The position numbers and the translations under genes are program-made. Shown here one piece after another: positions 11,494-23,365 of a DNA stretch of 64,000 nt. The notes beneath the pieces were generated by a model. The model did not search any database and had not been told where the DNA came from. It saw only the letters and a program-made list of their open reading frames with translations. How positions within the stretch are numbered: position 1 is the stretch's first letter; every line of letters begins with the position of its first letter. The stretch is from Hydrolagus affinis. Lineage: Eukaryota. The stretch lies in contig JAAILG010000943.1 of the NCBI GenBank assembly GCA_012026655.1, positions 1 to 64,000 of the forward strand. The letters run 5' to 3'.

Positions 11494-11851
11494 TCATAGA
11501 ATCATAGAATTATACAGCATAGAAGGAGGACATTTAAAAGAGCTGTCCAAATCAATCCCATTCCCTCGCACTCTCCCCATAGCCCTGCAAACTTGTCTTT
11601 CCCAAATGATTATTTAAGTGTCTGATTTGGACGAAGGCCCTTTGACTCTATTTGATTTCATTGTTTCAGAATATCCACTCTGCCATTTTCTCATCACATT
11701 TACATAATTAATTGTGGAAGACAATTTTGCAAGGCTATGGGGAGAGATCGAGGGAGTGGGATTGATTTGGACAGCTCTTTTCAAAGAGCCAACACCAACA
11801 TGTTGGGCCAAATGGCCTCCTTCTGTGCTGTAAAATTCTATGATTCTACGA
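11494..11851. repeat. Inverted pair of CR1 3' ends
   Basis: Arms 11494-11602 and 11716-11851 are reverse complements ending in CR1 (ATTCTATG)n tails. Confidence 0.85.
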
Positions 11852-12267
11852 TAAAGCATCAAGTTGATTTATTAAATGAGTCTCAGTGTCTTGACTTCAA
11901 CCACCCTTCACAGTAACTTGTTCCAGTTGTTGGTTACCCTGTGAGAAAAATAACTTTATCTGTCTGTTCTAAAATTGCCCATTGCAACTTGATTGCAATA
12001 TGTTATTGTTCCACTGTGTTATTGCACCTGAGAATCTTGTTCTGGGTTTAGTGTAGCTACTTCACTGTGATAGAGCTCTGCGGCTACATCACTGTAATAC
12101 AGTAAAACTAACATAAGTCATATGTTAGTCAGGACCATAACATTCAATCCGACTTACACAAAATACAAGTTGCAAACAAACTACAGTGTACATACATTGT
12201 ATAATATCCGATTTAATCAATAATCTACAATGCGCAATTAGTAAATTCACTCCAGCTGGTAAACCAC

Positions 12268-12590
12268 ATTCGGCCCATTGTACCTGTGCGGCTGTTTGAA
12301 CAGTGTTTTCCTATTAGTCCTACTTCCCCAGTCTTTCTCCATAGCCCTTGCAATTTTTTTAAAATACTGTATGTACCCAATTCGCTTTTTGAAAGTTATT
12401 ATTGAATCTGCTTCCACCACTCTTTCAGACAGCGCATTCCAGATTGCAACAACTCGCCGGATGAAAAAACATTTCTCCCAATTTGCCCTCTGGTTCTTTT
12501 GCCAATTATCTTAAATCTGTGTCCTCTGCTTCCCGACCCACCCGCCGGTGGAAACAGTTTCTCCTTATTTACTCTGTCAAAATGCCTCAT
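12268..12590 (-). mobile_element. CR1 LINE 3' fragment
   Basis: Translation FDRVNKEKLFP...SRGHRFKIIGKR is typical of the CR1 ORF2 C-terminus. Confidence 0.9.
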
Positions 12591-13731
12591 AATGTACAAT
12601 CCTGGAAGGAGAGCGAGAGTCAGTTGTCTTGTTTGCTCGATGCAGCAAATTCATTGTGCTGTTATTTTACCGTGTTCTCGCTAAAGTTCAGCAAATTGAT
12701 TGCTCCTTGATTATAAATCACAGCATTGTGATTTTTTCGCATAACTTAATTTTACATTGAAATCGTAATTTTATTTATAATTTAAAATTGCACTGCAGTT
12801 ATTCCCAAATGCACACATTGGTCAAATGCAGAAAATGGAGCTGAACAGCTCTCGTCATCTGAATTGCTAAGAGAGCCCGCTCCCACATACTCAACCGCCA
12901 AACCAACACGACCATTTAAAACAGTTAACTCTTCTATTCTGTCATATTTTTCACTCCTTTACCCGCCCCCCACCCCCACCCCCCCACCACCACCCCACCC
13001 TCCACCACGGCAAAAAAAAACAAATCTTACTTTGTCATGACTAACTAAAAGATTGAGATGAGAGATTTTAAAAATCATAACAATATCCTGAGCGTTGATA
13101 TATCTTTCTCCATCAGGAGGACTTCTCAAAGCACTTCAAAGTATTTTGTAGGCGAATTTCCTTTCCTGTCTAATAACTTTGCAGTTTTGCAGAATAAAAA
13201 GATAAAGTCTATTTTGGTCACTTACATTTCTCTGACTGATTCTCGGGAATATTATTCAGCATCGGAGCACAGATTCTCTGATCGACAGTAAATTTAACGC
13301 CCCAGTGGAGCAAATTTATAACAGGAAACGAACAGCACGAAAAATGATATAATAAAAGTCTATAAATTTAGGCTCAAGAATCACAGCGGGAAGGTTCCGA
13401 CCCAGGAGTCTCCAAACCGCACGACTGAGAGTTCTATATCAAGTTGGACATTTTGCGCTGTCTGAATGGAAAGCCACATTTCCTTCCCAGAGCGATGCAC
13501 GCTGCCCATCTAATCCCTCAATTTGGTGCAGTTTTGCAAGAGCCAAGCTTATGGACCCCAGAGTGTGAACTGGGGGTAGCTGCTGGTGTCTAACCAGCTA
13601 AAACCACACAGCTTGCTACTGAGAGAAATGTCTGACAAGCTTTCCCACTGCTTGCTCAGCTAGGACCAGGGATCCATTAGAGCTCTGGCTATCAGGACTG
13701 ATAGGAACAGAATAGGATAAATTACAGATAA

Positions 13732-14015
13732 ACAACAACATCAACATTGCATTTATAATGTAATGTCGGGAGAATGTCCCAAAGCGCTGAACAGTCAGTG
13801 GTTGGGACCCTGTAATGGGGGAGGGGCAGGATAGGGGAGAGGGGAGGGAGAGAGTTGGGAGGGCAACAGAAGGCACGATTGAAAAGGAGGGTCTTGACAC
13901 CGACCTTGAAGGAGGCAAGGGAGGAAGCGAGGTGAAGGGATTGTGGGATGGAGTTCCAGAGTGTGGAGGCAGAGAGGCCGAAAGTCCATCCGCCGATGGT
14001 AGGGCGGGTTGAGGT
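13732..14015 (-). mobile_element. L2 LINE 3' fragment
   Basis: Homologous to 41808-42370; (CAA)n tail. Confidence 0.9.
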
Positions 14016-14897
14016 GGGGGGGGGAAATAAGGAGCAGATAAACTAGATATTCTGCATATACACTGGACTCTGAATGGGAGGGGGGGTAGGAAATAATCTA
14101 CAGTTTTGCTTGGCGCTTTTAACTTTGCTCTCTGGTTCTGCTCTTATCGTTCAACTCAAATACTCGTTACATCTAACTCATCTTTGTCACTCATCATTCT
14201 GAATACTCTTGACACTGAGCCATTCCAAAGGAATTACTGCTCACGATGCAAAGCCGAGAAAAACAAACTGAAATCCATACGAAAAAATACTGAGACAGAA
14301 TTGTGACGAGTCTTTCTCGGTTTCATCAAAGCCTCGAAATGTTCTCAGTACTGACGTCCGGTCCAATTGCAACAAGTTAAGAGATCGAAACCGTAGCTTG
14401 TGGGGTTGAAATTATAACCAGCGGGAGAGCAGACTCAAAGAGACTCGGGCTGAGTGAAAAGCTTGGTGGAGTCAGGAGTCTGTTGCTGGAGAAGCAATGT
14501 GTGCAACCCAGAAAATGAGACTCTGTACTTCACCGAAGAACTTCAAACACAGCCCTAGTTAGAGTCCGGGCATGTAATGTAGATGCAAATCAAGCACAGG
14601 ATACAGCGGGCTGGTGTTACAGCAGTGGGATGTCTAGCGTGATATTTAAAGGAATAGAAATTCTAATGTAAAGGAAGGATTAAATAGTTGAGGGGAGTGG
14701 AGCGCCACCTTCCATCTGGGTTCAACGTGAAAAGCGCTTCCATCTCGTGGTTCAGCGATGCAATATGGCCACGGTCAGCTCAGTCTCACATCACCAATTG
14801 CTCTGGAGGGAATTGGAAGGAGCGATGGATTGGAGACTTGCATTAGATATCAGAGTCTCACCACACACCAACGCGTCTGAAATGATATCAAACAAAT

Positions 14898-15179
14898 TAT
14901 AATCCTTGCATCTGATATAGCGCTTTTCATGTCCTCTAGATATCTCGAAGCACTTCACAGAGTATACTGTAAAATGAATTGACTGTATATTTGTGGGCGA
15001 AATGTGGCAGCCAATTGCACACAGCAGGGTCCCACAAACAGTTGTGGATTGAAATAATTTTTTTTAAGGGATTATTATTAGGAGTGTGAAGTAAGGAAAC
15101 TTGCCCAAGGTTTCACCCTGCCTGGAATTGAACCCAGATCTCTCACGTAAGGAGCGCTCTAACCATGAAGCTACAGGAC
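14898..15179 (-). mobile_element. Full-length tRNA-SINE
   Basis: Head, core and tail. Confidence 0.9.
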
Positions 15180-15749
15180 TTTAGTCAATATCCCTACACA
15201 GACAAAGGCAGCAGCTGCTCTGAGAAATGGTACGGTGGGAGGGTGGAGGGAGGGAGGAGAGCAGTGTTGGTTGAGGGTTTTAAAGTGAATTTGGGGCAAG
15301 GGAAGAATACTCAGTAGCAAACTCTGGGAGGACTCTGTGGAGTTTGATGAAATGATGCCGTGGGATCTTAACCACTAGAGGCTGAGCAGTAATGGGCAAG
15401 GTATCGCTCCAACCCCTAGGAACTGCACTCCCTCATACTTGCTCCCTCTCTCTCTCTCTCTCCCGCTCCAAACAGTGAGCTCCAACCCCCACCCAGGCTG
15501 TATCTGTAAATCTCAGCCCACATCTCTCTGATAATCACCACCTTTGTGTCCACAGTTTCCTTTAAAGTTCAGAGAAACAGGAGAGGGGAAACCCGTTTGG
15601 TTTATTAGCTATTCATTATATTAATTCTTGCATTTGATAAAAAAAAAGATTGCCTATATAATACCTAAACATCTCAAATTGCTCGACAGGGAATTGCTGT
15701 CAAGTGCAGTCACTATGTTTTCAGGCAAACTGTGTCAAGGACTTTGAGC

Positions 15750-15995
15750 TCCCAGTCAAGGCTGACGCTCTAATGCTTTGCTAGGGGAATGCTGAATTGA
15801 CGATAGTGCCATCCTTTTGATGAGAATGTTAATCTGAGATCTCATCTGCCTGTTCAGGTTAATGTTAAAGACTCCATGACACTAATCAAAGAGAAACGAG
15901 TTTCTCCCAGGGTCCCGGCCAACAATCCCCCAGATCAAATTGGTCATTCACTTTGTGGCTGTTTGGGAGGACATTGCTTTGCACAAATTACCTGC
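15750..15995 (+). mobile_element. DeuSINE body
   Basis: TTCAGGTTAATGTTAAAGACTCCATGACACTA...GTCCCGGCCAAC. Confidence 0.75.
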
Positions 15996-17109
15996 CACTG
16001 AAATTGCAGAGAATGTTACAGCATCGAAAACGAGACAATTTGATTTCAGATGTTCGTGTCAGTCACTCCATGTGAGCTTCCATCCATCCTCAGGGCCTCT
16101 CCATATATCCCTCTCATTCGCTTCTTCTCCCTTGTGTATGCATTGAGTTTCTTCGTAAATGAATGAACGCTGTCTGCTGTCAGACACGTTTTGCCGACAA
16201 TTACGATCACCGCCTCCAACCACAATTTCCCATGAAGCGCTTTGAGGCCTTTGGATGTTACAACAACCAACAAAACAACACCAACAAAATTACCTTTTTG
16301 CAGCGCCGTTCACGTCGGGAGGATGTCCCAAGACGCTGCATCAAAAGCAAGTATTATCACTGTTATTATCGCAACAGGTAGTCCACACACCCAAATCCTC
16401 ACCCACGTTTAATCAGAATGTCTGTGTACTTTTTTGCCTTTATTCCAGCTACAAGCTGCTTTCTTTTTTTTAAAAAAAAGCAGCTGCAGGTTTCAGAAGC
16501 TTTGGAATTAAATTGTGTTATTTCTCCCCTTTCTCCGTCACCTCCTCTGGAGCAGGCGGTGGAAGTGGAGTGACTTCACACGTTTAATTCAGACACTTTC
16601 TCCCTTGCATCTCCAGGGGAGGCGAGACTGATGTCAAACTGTGAATTCTGTTCTTCGCAGAGTGAAGTGAATTCACTCTATGGTGATGGTCCACAAATTC
16701 GACCTTGGGCAAAAAATCTTTCGCAATTGGGGCTAAACGAGAAGGTGTCCTGGCCAACAAACCTTTAATAGGAGTTTGGATACAGCCAACAAATACCTCT
16801 TCTTGGTGGGATGTATGAAGCTCTCAGCTTGGTTTGGATACTCTTAAACATCGTGATGGGTTTCCGCATGTGCCAGCTGAGCAAAAACATCCCTCCAAGG
16901 AAATTGGTGCTCGACTCCATGGCTGTTTGTGGGACATTCATGAACGCAAAATGGCCGTCACATTCACTTCCAAAATACTCACAGTCACTAACATATTACT
17001 GAGACATTTTGAAGTTACAAGCTCTATGATAAATGCAAGGATTATTATATTTATAAAAGACCAATTGTTACATTCAACTATTGCCATCCTTCAGGTTAAA
17101 CAATAAACA

Positions 17110-17380
17110 GAGATTCCCATCCGCCTGTTCAGTTGAACGTTAATACATCCCACGGCACTATTAGTAAAGTTTTTCTCTCCCGATGTCATGGCCAAGAGTT
17201 TGCCAGAAAAAAATTGGTCACTCACTTCATATCGGTTTGTGAGATTGTGTTATGCGCTAACTGGCTTGCAGCATTGGCCCACAAAATCACACAGATACCA
17301 TACTTTACAGTGAATTCTAGGAAGCGCTTTGAGATTCTTCCCGTACCCGAAAGACGCTGTCCCTAAAGCAAGGATCATTA
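17110..17380 (+). mobile_element. DeuSINE 3' part
   Basis: CCTGTTCAGTTGAACGTTAATACATCCCACGGCACTATT plus tail. Confidence 0.7.
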
Positions 17381-19204
17381 TTTAGTATATACATTTCTAT
17401 GAGACACTGTCTCTTTAAGAGCGCTGTAGGGATTGATAATCAATTTCTGAATCCTTGTCTCGTCGTTGCTCATAAAGCCGGGCTGCAGTAATCCAAAGCT
17501 GCTTCAGCAAGAGTTATTTTTTGTTCTCTAGGTAAATAGCAGGCAGCCGCAGCCTTGGTTGCCAGGACAAGAGCTACTAGCAACTGGTTACTGGTCACAC
17601 TGATAAATAATACAGAGTGCTCTAGAATTCAGGGTGCTAACGCCATCGCGATATCCATTATTTTATCAGCTGCTGAGATTGTACCCACTCCACGACAGGA
17701 TGTTTTTACCAGTGAGAATGCCTGTGACACGGGGCAAACACAGTCAATTCAAGTGAATACAGAAAATCCAGAAGGCCAACGCACAAAGTAAAAATAAACC
17801 AGGGGAGCTCGAACATTGGATCTGACACACAGGGCATTCAAGGAGAGCTTGGTAACCTGAACTCGCAACTGCTAACTCTGTTGCCAAACAAGACCATTAG
17901 TTTCAAGTTACTCTGTACTGCACAAGATACACAACTCACAGATTGACTGTAATCCATTGATGAGAAGCGGGGAACAAGAAACATCTATGCCATTTTCAGA
18001 TGCGTGATTTTTTTTTAATAACACCTTAATCACCATGTAAGACAGAGCGACATTTATTCCTGCACTCACATCCCTTCCACTTCCACTCCCCCCTACTCCC
18101 TCCCCCACAAACCCTAGCCCACTGCAGAGCGGACTCGAGAGTTAACCTTCATGCTCAATACCAAATAGGCAACACAACGATTTTTGCTTCAGATTCAGAA
18201 GCGGTTTACGGACAAAGGGGAGAAGAATTGTGTCCGCCTTTACAAGTGGCGTCTGTCAGGCCTGCACACGTCCTCTCTCCCTGCTCGGGTTCAGTTGCCC
18301 TTCAGATTTATACAGCACAGCACGACAGAGAGCTCACACTCTCTAAGCCACTGTAGTCTGGCACGTCTCCCACCTACCTCAAAGCCGAGGATTGTAGGGA
18401 CACTCTCTAGCCACACACAAGGTGCCTGGATTTTGCTGTGAGCCCGGCTCTGGGTTCCTGACGAGAGACCTCACCATGCCTTGGGTCACAGCTGAGAGAA
18501 TAGCAAGGTGCAGCACACACTTCGAGTAACCAGCAGAGCACAGAAAACTGCTGGAAGCTCGGTCTACATGTGTTCAACTCTCCTGCTGCGTTGGGACGCA
18601 TCCCAGCTTCTGAAATTAATTTTTAAAATCAACATTGCCTGTAATTTTTTTTTTGCAGAGCTCTTGTGGGTTTGCAAGCCTTTTATTTTTATCCTTCCCT
18701 ACGGACTTTGCAGGATTGCACAAATGTTCCTTGGGCAAATCCCTCATTGAGCTTCAGTTGTCCAATGTAGCAATGTTTATTCATTCCTGCCCAGGTATGC
18801 AAATTAACTTTGAACGATATAGTCATTCAGCTTTTATGAAGAAATTGCCCAGAGATTTTAAAATGGGATCTCATACAGATTTGAAATTGGAATCATTCTC
18901 TTTTTCTAGGTCATCTTTAGGTGAACTTCAAAACTTAACACAAATATTCTTGCCCAGATTTTGAATCTCTTGACTTCTCCCTCTATCTCTCCCACTTTTG
19001 TTGTTGGTGGGGGAGTGGGAGTGGCAGAGGAGAGAGAGAGAGAGAGAGAAAATGGAAGACATCAACATCAATGGTCCCACAAGTCCATATTTTCCCATTT
19101 ATGCTTGTTATATAGAGATCAGGATTGGAAACCATGCTGTATGATGCATCCCAGGCTCAATGTGTCCCACAAATATCCCATAGCAATAATAACATTAATA
19201 AAAA

Positions 19205-19303
19205 TAACAGTCCTTGCATTTGATATCGTGCCTTATCACTTTGTTGAGGCATCTTAAAGCGCTTCATAGAATATATTGTAAAATGGATTTATTGTGTATT
19301 TGT
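19205..19303 (-). mobile_element. SINE tail fragment
   Basis: TCCTTGCATTTGATATCGTGCC...AAGCGCTTCATAGAATAT. Confidence 0.8.
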
Positions 19304-19606
19304 GGAGTCCTGTAGCTCAGTGGTTAGAGCACTTGTCTTACAAGCAAGAGACCTGGGTTCAATTGCAGTCTGGGTGAAACCTTGGGCAAGTTTCCTTATA
19401 CTGCATGCCTAATAATAATCCCTCAAAAAACAATAATAAATTTTATTCAACAACTGTTTGTGGGACACTGCTGTGTGCAATTGGCTGTCGTATATTGCCC
19501 ACAAATATACAGTTAATTCATTTTACAGTATATACTGTGAAGCGCTTTGAGACGTCTAGAAGATGTGAAAAGCGCTAGATCAAATGCAAGGATTATTATT
19601 ATTATT
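19304..19606 (+). mobile_element. Full-length tRNA-SINE
   Basis: GGAGTCCTGTAGCTCAGTGGTTAGAGC... to (ATT)n. Confidence 0.92.
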
Positions 19607-20181
19607 CTGTAGACAGAACGCGGCAACCAATTGCATGCAGCCACGTTCCACAAACAACACCACACAAACAGGCACAGGGTGAAGAGAGAATGAGAGAACG
19701 GGAGAAATCTACTGCTGTACGGTTCTTCTGCGACGGGAAATCCAGGCTCCACATTGAAATGAGATGCCGAGAAAAGCACAGAATATCTGCAAAGCATCAG
19801 TGCAAGCCCTGCCCTGTCAGTCGCTGACTTCAGCTATGCTGTAACACATTTTTACAAGGGGCTCCACTGGAAAAAAATTAATTACAGCTCACGCCGCCGA
19901 CAGGAAAAACATACTTTTCAACAGAGCAGTAATTTGATTTCTCTAATATCCTGTTCTACCTGTGGAAACTCGGAGCTGTGAGGAGCAGATTAAGACACGA
20001 GTTGTCTCGTCTCTTGTCTCCTCCGCTTCCAATCTGCTTTCAAATCGCTCAGTCATTGTATTTTCCCGTAGTCTCTAGCTTGTCTCTCTCGTGTGACCCG
20101 CTCACATGCACGAGGAGCCTGCAGCATTCTTCGGAGCATTCAAACCCACGTCGGCTGATGGCAATCTACATTTCCCACATT

Positions 20182-20422
20182 TTGGGCAAGTTTCCTTACT
20201 CCACATGCACGCCTAATAACAATCCCTCCAAGAAAAAAAACAATAATAAATTGGCATTTCAATCCACGACTGTTTGTGGGACACTGCTGTGCGCAATTGG
20301 CTGCCACATTTCGCCCACAAATATACAGTCAATTCACTTTACAGTATATTCTGCGCTTTGAGGTGTTCTAGAAGACCTGACAAGCGCTATATCAAATGTA
20401 AGGATTATTATCATTATTATTA
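20182..20422 (+). mobile_element. tRNA-SINE lacking head
   Basis: TTGGGCAAGTTTCCTTACTCCAC through tail. Confidence 0.9.
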
Positions 20423-20884
20423 CTCTGCTATTCGAGGGGGAGACAGAGGCACAATCTATTGTTGACAAACAGAAATATTCACATATATGTACAAGTACCC
20501 CCCACCCTCCACCGGACGCTACCTTGTGTGAAAGGCGCTATATAAATGTAACTTGTTGTTGCTGTTAATTATTTTATATATCACTATAACATCCCCTCTG
20601 ATACTTGATTTCATGGCTGAGGAGCCTATGTTATCTAGTCCTTCCTCGAAGCTCATTGCTTCAACACTGGAGATCAGCCTTGCTGCTCCACATTGCCTCT
20701 AGGGGCTAGGACAGCTCACTTCAGTTGCCTCCTAACCAGGCAGCTGTGATTTACAGTACAGTATTGTACTTCAATTGCTTCTCCGTATATTTCAACAAAA
20801 TAGTGAGCACGGCAATAAGAAACTTTCATTTAGAGAGTGATCACATTAACCAAAGCATTCAACTAACCAGCTAGTGTCACACGA

Positions 20885-21020
20885 CAAAACACAAAATGCT
20901 ACAGATGCTGGGAATCTGAAACAAAACCAGAAGTTGCTGGGGAAACTCAGCAGGTCAGGCAGCATCCATGGAGAAAGGAAAAGGAGTTAACATTTCGGGT
21001 CTACAACCCTTCGTCAGAAC
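20885..21020 (-). mobile_element. Penelope-like terminal repeat with minimal hammerhead motif
   Basis: CAGATGCTGGGAATCTG...CTCAGCAGGTCAGGCAGCATC; minus strand CTGACGA-A-GGGT(TGTAG)ACCC-GAAA. Confidence 0.7.
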
Positions 21021-21737
21021 AGTGTAAGCAACTAGTGTTTCGCCCACAAAACACACAGTCAATTCACTTTACATCACATTCTGCGAAATGCTTTGAAGTG
21101 TCCCAACAACGTGATATGATAAGGCGCGATATCAAATGGAAGGATTATTATTGTTTAGTTTAGTCAATATACTAATCGAAGAATTTCACTCACATGATTA
21201 TTCTAACAAAAAGTTTCCACTAACTGGTGCTTATATGAACCATATGGAAACCAGTAACTCACGATTCCACTAACCAAACCATTCCTCGGATGTAAATACA
21301 ATTTGCAACAAGAGGATTAACAAACTTTATAAATGTGTTCAAATGCCCCCAAAAAAACACAAGCTGTGAGACGACCGGAGGGATGGTCACAGGCCAATGG
21401 CACTCAGATGCTCGTTCCTATTGTATTGTTCAGTTTGTAGCAGATTAAACTAAGAAAAGTAAGTTCACAGAGGTCAGAACTGTTTGTTAAATAGAAGCTT
21501 GAATGACATGCATTGGTACCTTTGTGTTAATGTAATCTGCTGCTTATCTCTGCCCACAGCTCTATTCTAATATTACCACGTGCCCCACTCTGTATCTCTC
21601 ATCACTGCCAGTCAGCTTTGAATCAGCTGCTATCTACACACAGTGGTGTTCTCCGTGTGTGCACATTAACCTTTCAGTGTCTGGAATTCCTGCCCCATTT
21701 TCCTCCTTTATTTTTCTCCCCTCTTTCCCCGATGGGT

Positions 21738-22250
21738 ATCAGGCTGGCTCAGTTGGAACCATTCTCGCCTCCACCTCAGAAGGTTGTGGGATCAAGGCCC
21801 ACATTGAGACTTTGAGCTTGTAGTCTAGTCTGCCACTGCAGTGCCGTGCCGGGGGAGCTCCGCATTGTCAGAGGCGCCGTCCTTCCAGGAAGATGTTAAA
21901 ACCGAGGTCCCAACTTCCTGCTCAGGTGGATTTTAAAGATCCCGTGCCACTATTTGGAAAAAGAGTTTCTCCCAGTCTCAGGGCCCACAAATATACGATT
22001 GATTCACTTCACAGTGTATTCTGTGAAGCGCTTTGAGACGTCTAGAACATGTGAAAAGCGCTATATCAAATGCAAGGATTATTATTCTTGTTATTATGAC
22101 ATTAGTCATTCATTTCATGACTGTTTATGGGACACTGTGTTCGCAAATTATACAATAACTCCATTTTACTCCGGTGACGCACTTTGAAATATCCTCCGGA
22201 CAGGAAAGGCACTGCATCAAACGCAAGGATGATGATGATGATTATTATAA
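21738..22250 (+). mobile_element. DeuSINE with a younger tRNA-SINE tail inserted at about 21985-22097
   Basis: Deu head and body, then young tail, then the older Deu core and tail resume. Confidence 0.8.
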
Positions 22251-23064
22251 CTGAACTCAGCTGATGTGGTGATATGGTATGGTTTGCATGAACCAGTCCC
22301 ATTTCCCAACTCTCAAGAAAGAGACTCATTATCCCATGCCTGCGAACTTTGGGGACAAACATTTCAGCTGAGAGCGGGCTGCTCAGGGTTCCTGAATGAG
22401 ACAAAATGAAATGGTTTTTAGCTGAGGAGGAGATTTGCTGGCTATAAGCAGAAAACCCAGAGTGCCCCTCCGCCTCTGACAAATGGAATGCACTCGTACA
22501 CACCATATGGCTCCAGCTGCAACGATAGAGAACGTGCTGCTCAGTGCACTGACACAAATGTCCACTTAAGCGCCGGAAACAGGGGGACTATCGCGCCTGG
22601 AACATGCTCTAATCTCATCTCCTCTTCGCTTAGTGATTGTTGCATGGCTGCGTTCACTAAAAGCTCAGAACCTCTTCGGATTACATCAACCATGGTGGCA
22701 AAGGGGATATTCAGAGCAAAGCCTCTGATCGTGCCAAATGCTAACAACTTGCATTAATACATCCCACAAACCCACCCCACCGCCCCCACCCCCCAACCCC
22801 CACACACACACACATCTCGGAGTGCTTGACAAGAGGAGATAGGATCATGGAATCATTGGGGTGAAATTTTCGTTGACCCAATACAGAGAAGCCCTTTTAT
22901 ATTGTGCCTTGATATAATGGTGGTTCACCCGCCTAATTTTGGTGTACGGACGGGGCAACTAAACGATGGCCTGTTTTCCGGGTCATCAAGTCTCCCTCAC
23001 TTCCTGCGCCCCGCGAACGCCAGATCATAAAGTGACCACCCTGTGTGTAGCTCCTTTACGCCGC

Positions 23065-23365
23065 ATATGGGAAACGATGTCCGCGACGATCTGAGGAACT
23101 CCCTTCTCTTTTTGAATAGAACTGTCCACCGGCGCCCATAGAGAGGGGACCTCAGCTGAACATCTCATCCAAAGGACGGCTCCTCCGACAACGCAGCACC
23201 CTCCCCGCTCTCAACCCCCCACCCACCACCCTCCAACCAGCCACCACCCAAACCCCCAGCAACGCACTATACCGTGCGAAAGTTAAAAATTCTGACTTGC
23301 GGCTCGAGCCCACCAACTTCTGTCTCAGCCTAGAGGCAGCTGCCACCCTCAGCTACACTGACACC
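23065..23365 (-). mobile_element. DeuSINE 5' part
   Basis: CATCTCATCCAAAGGACGGCTCCTCCGACAACGCAGCACCCTC and head complement GAGCCCACCAACTTCTGTCTCAG. Confidence 0.7.

Noticed and set aside
19304-19380. Functional tRNA-Val(TAC) gene
   Set aside because: It is the head of a multi-copy SINE, continues into the SINE body, and copies carry scattered mutations.
19958-19990. Minus-strand mini-exon or AG|GT site (TTTCCACAG|GTAGAA)
   Set aside because: Weak donor, and nothing else supports it.
22541-22747. 68-aa ATG ORF with protein-like composition
   Set aside because: No recognisable homology or splice signals; the length is expected by chance.
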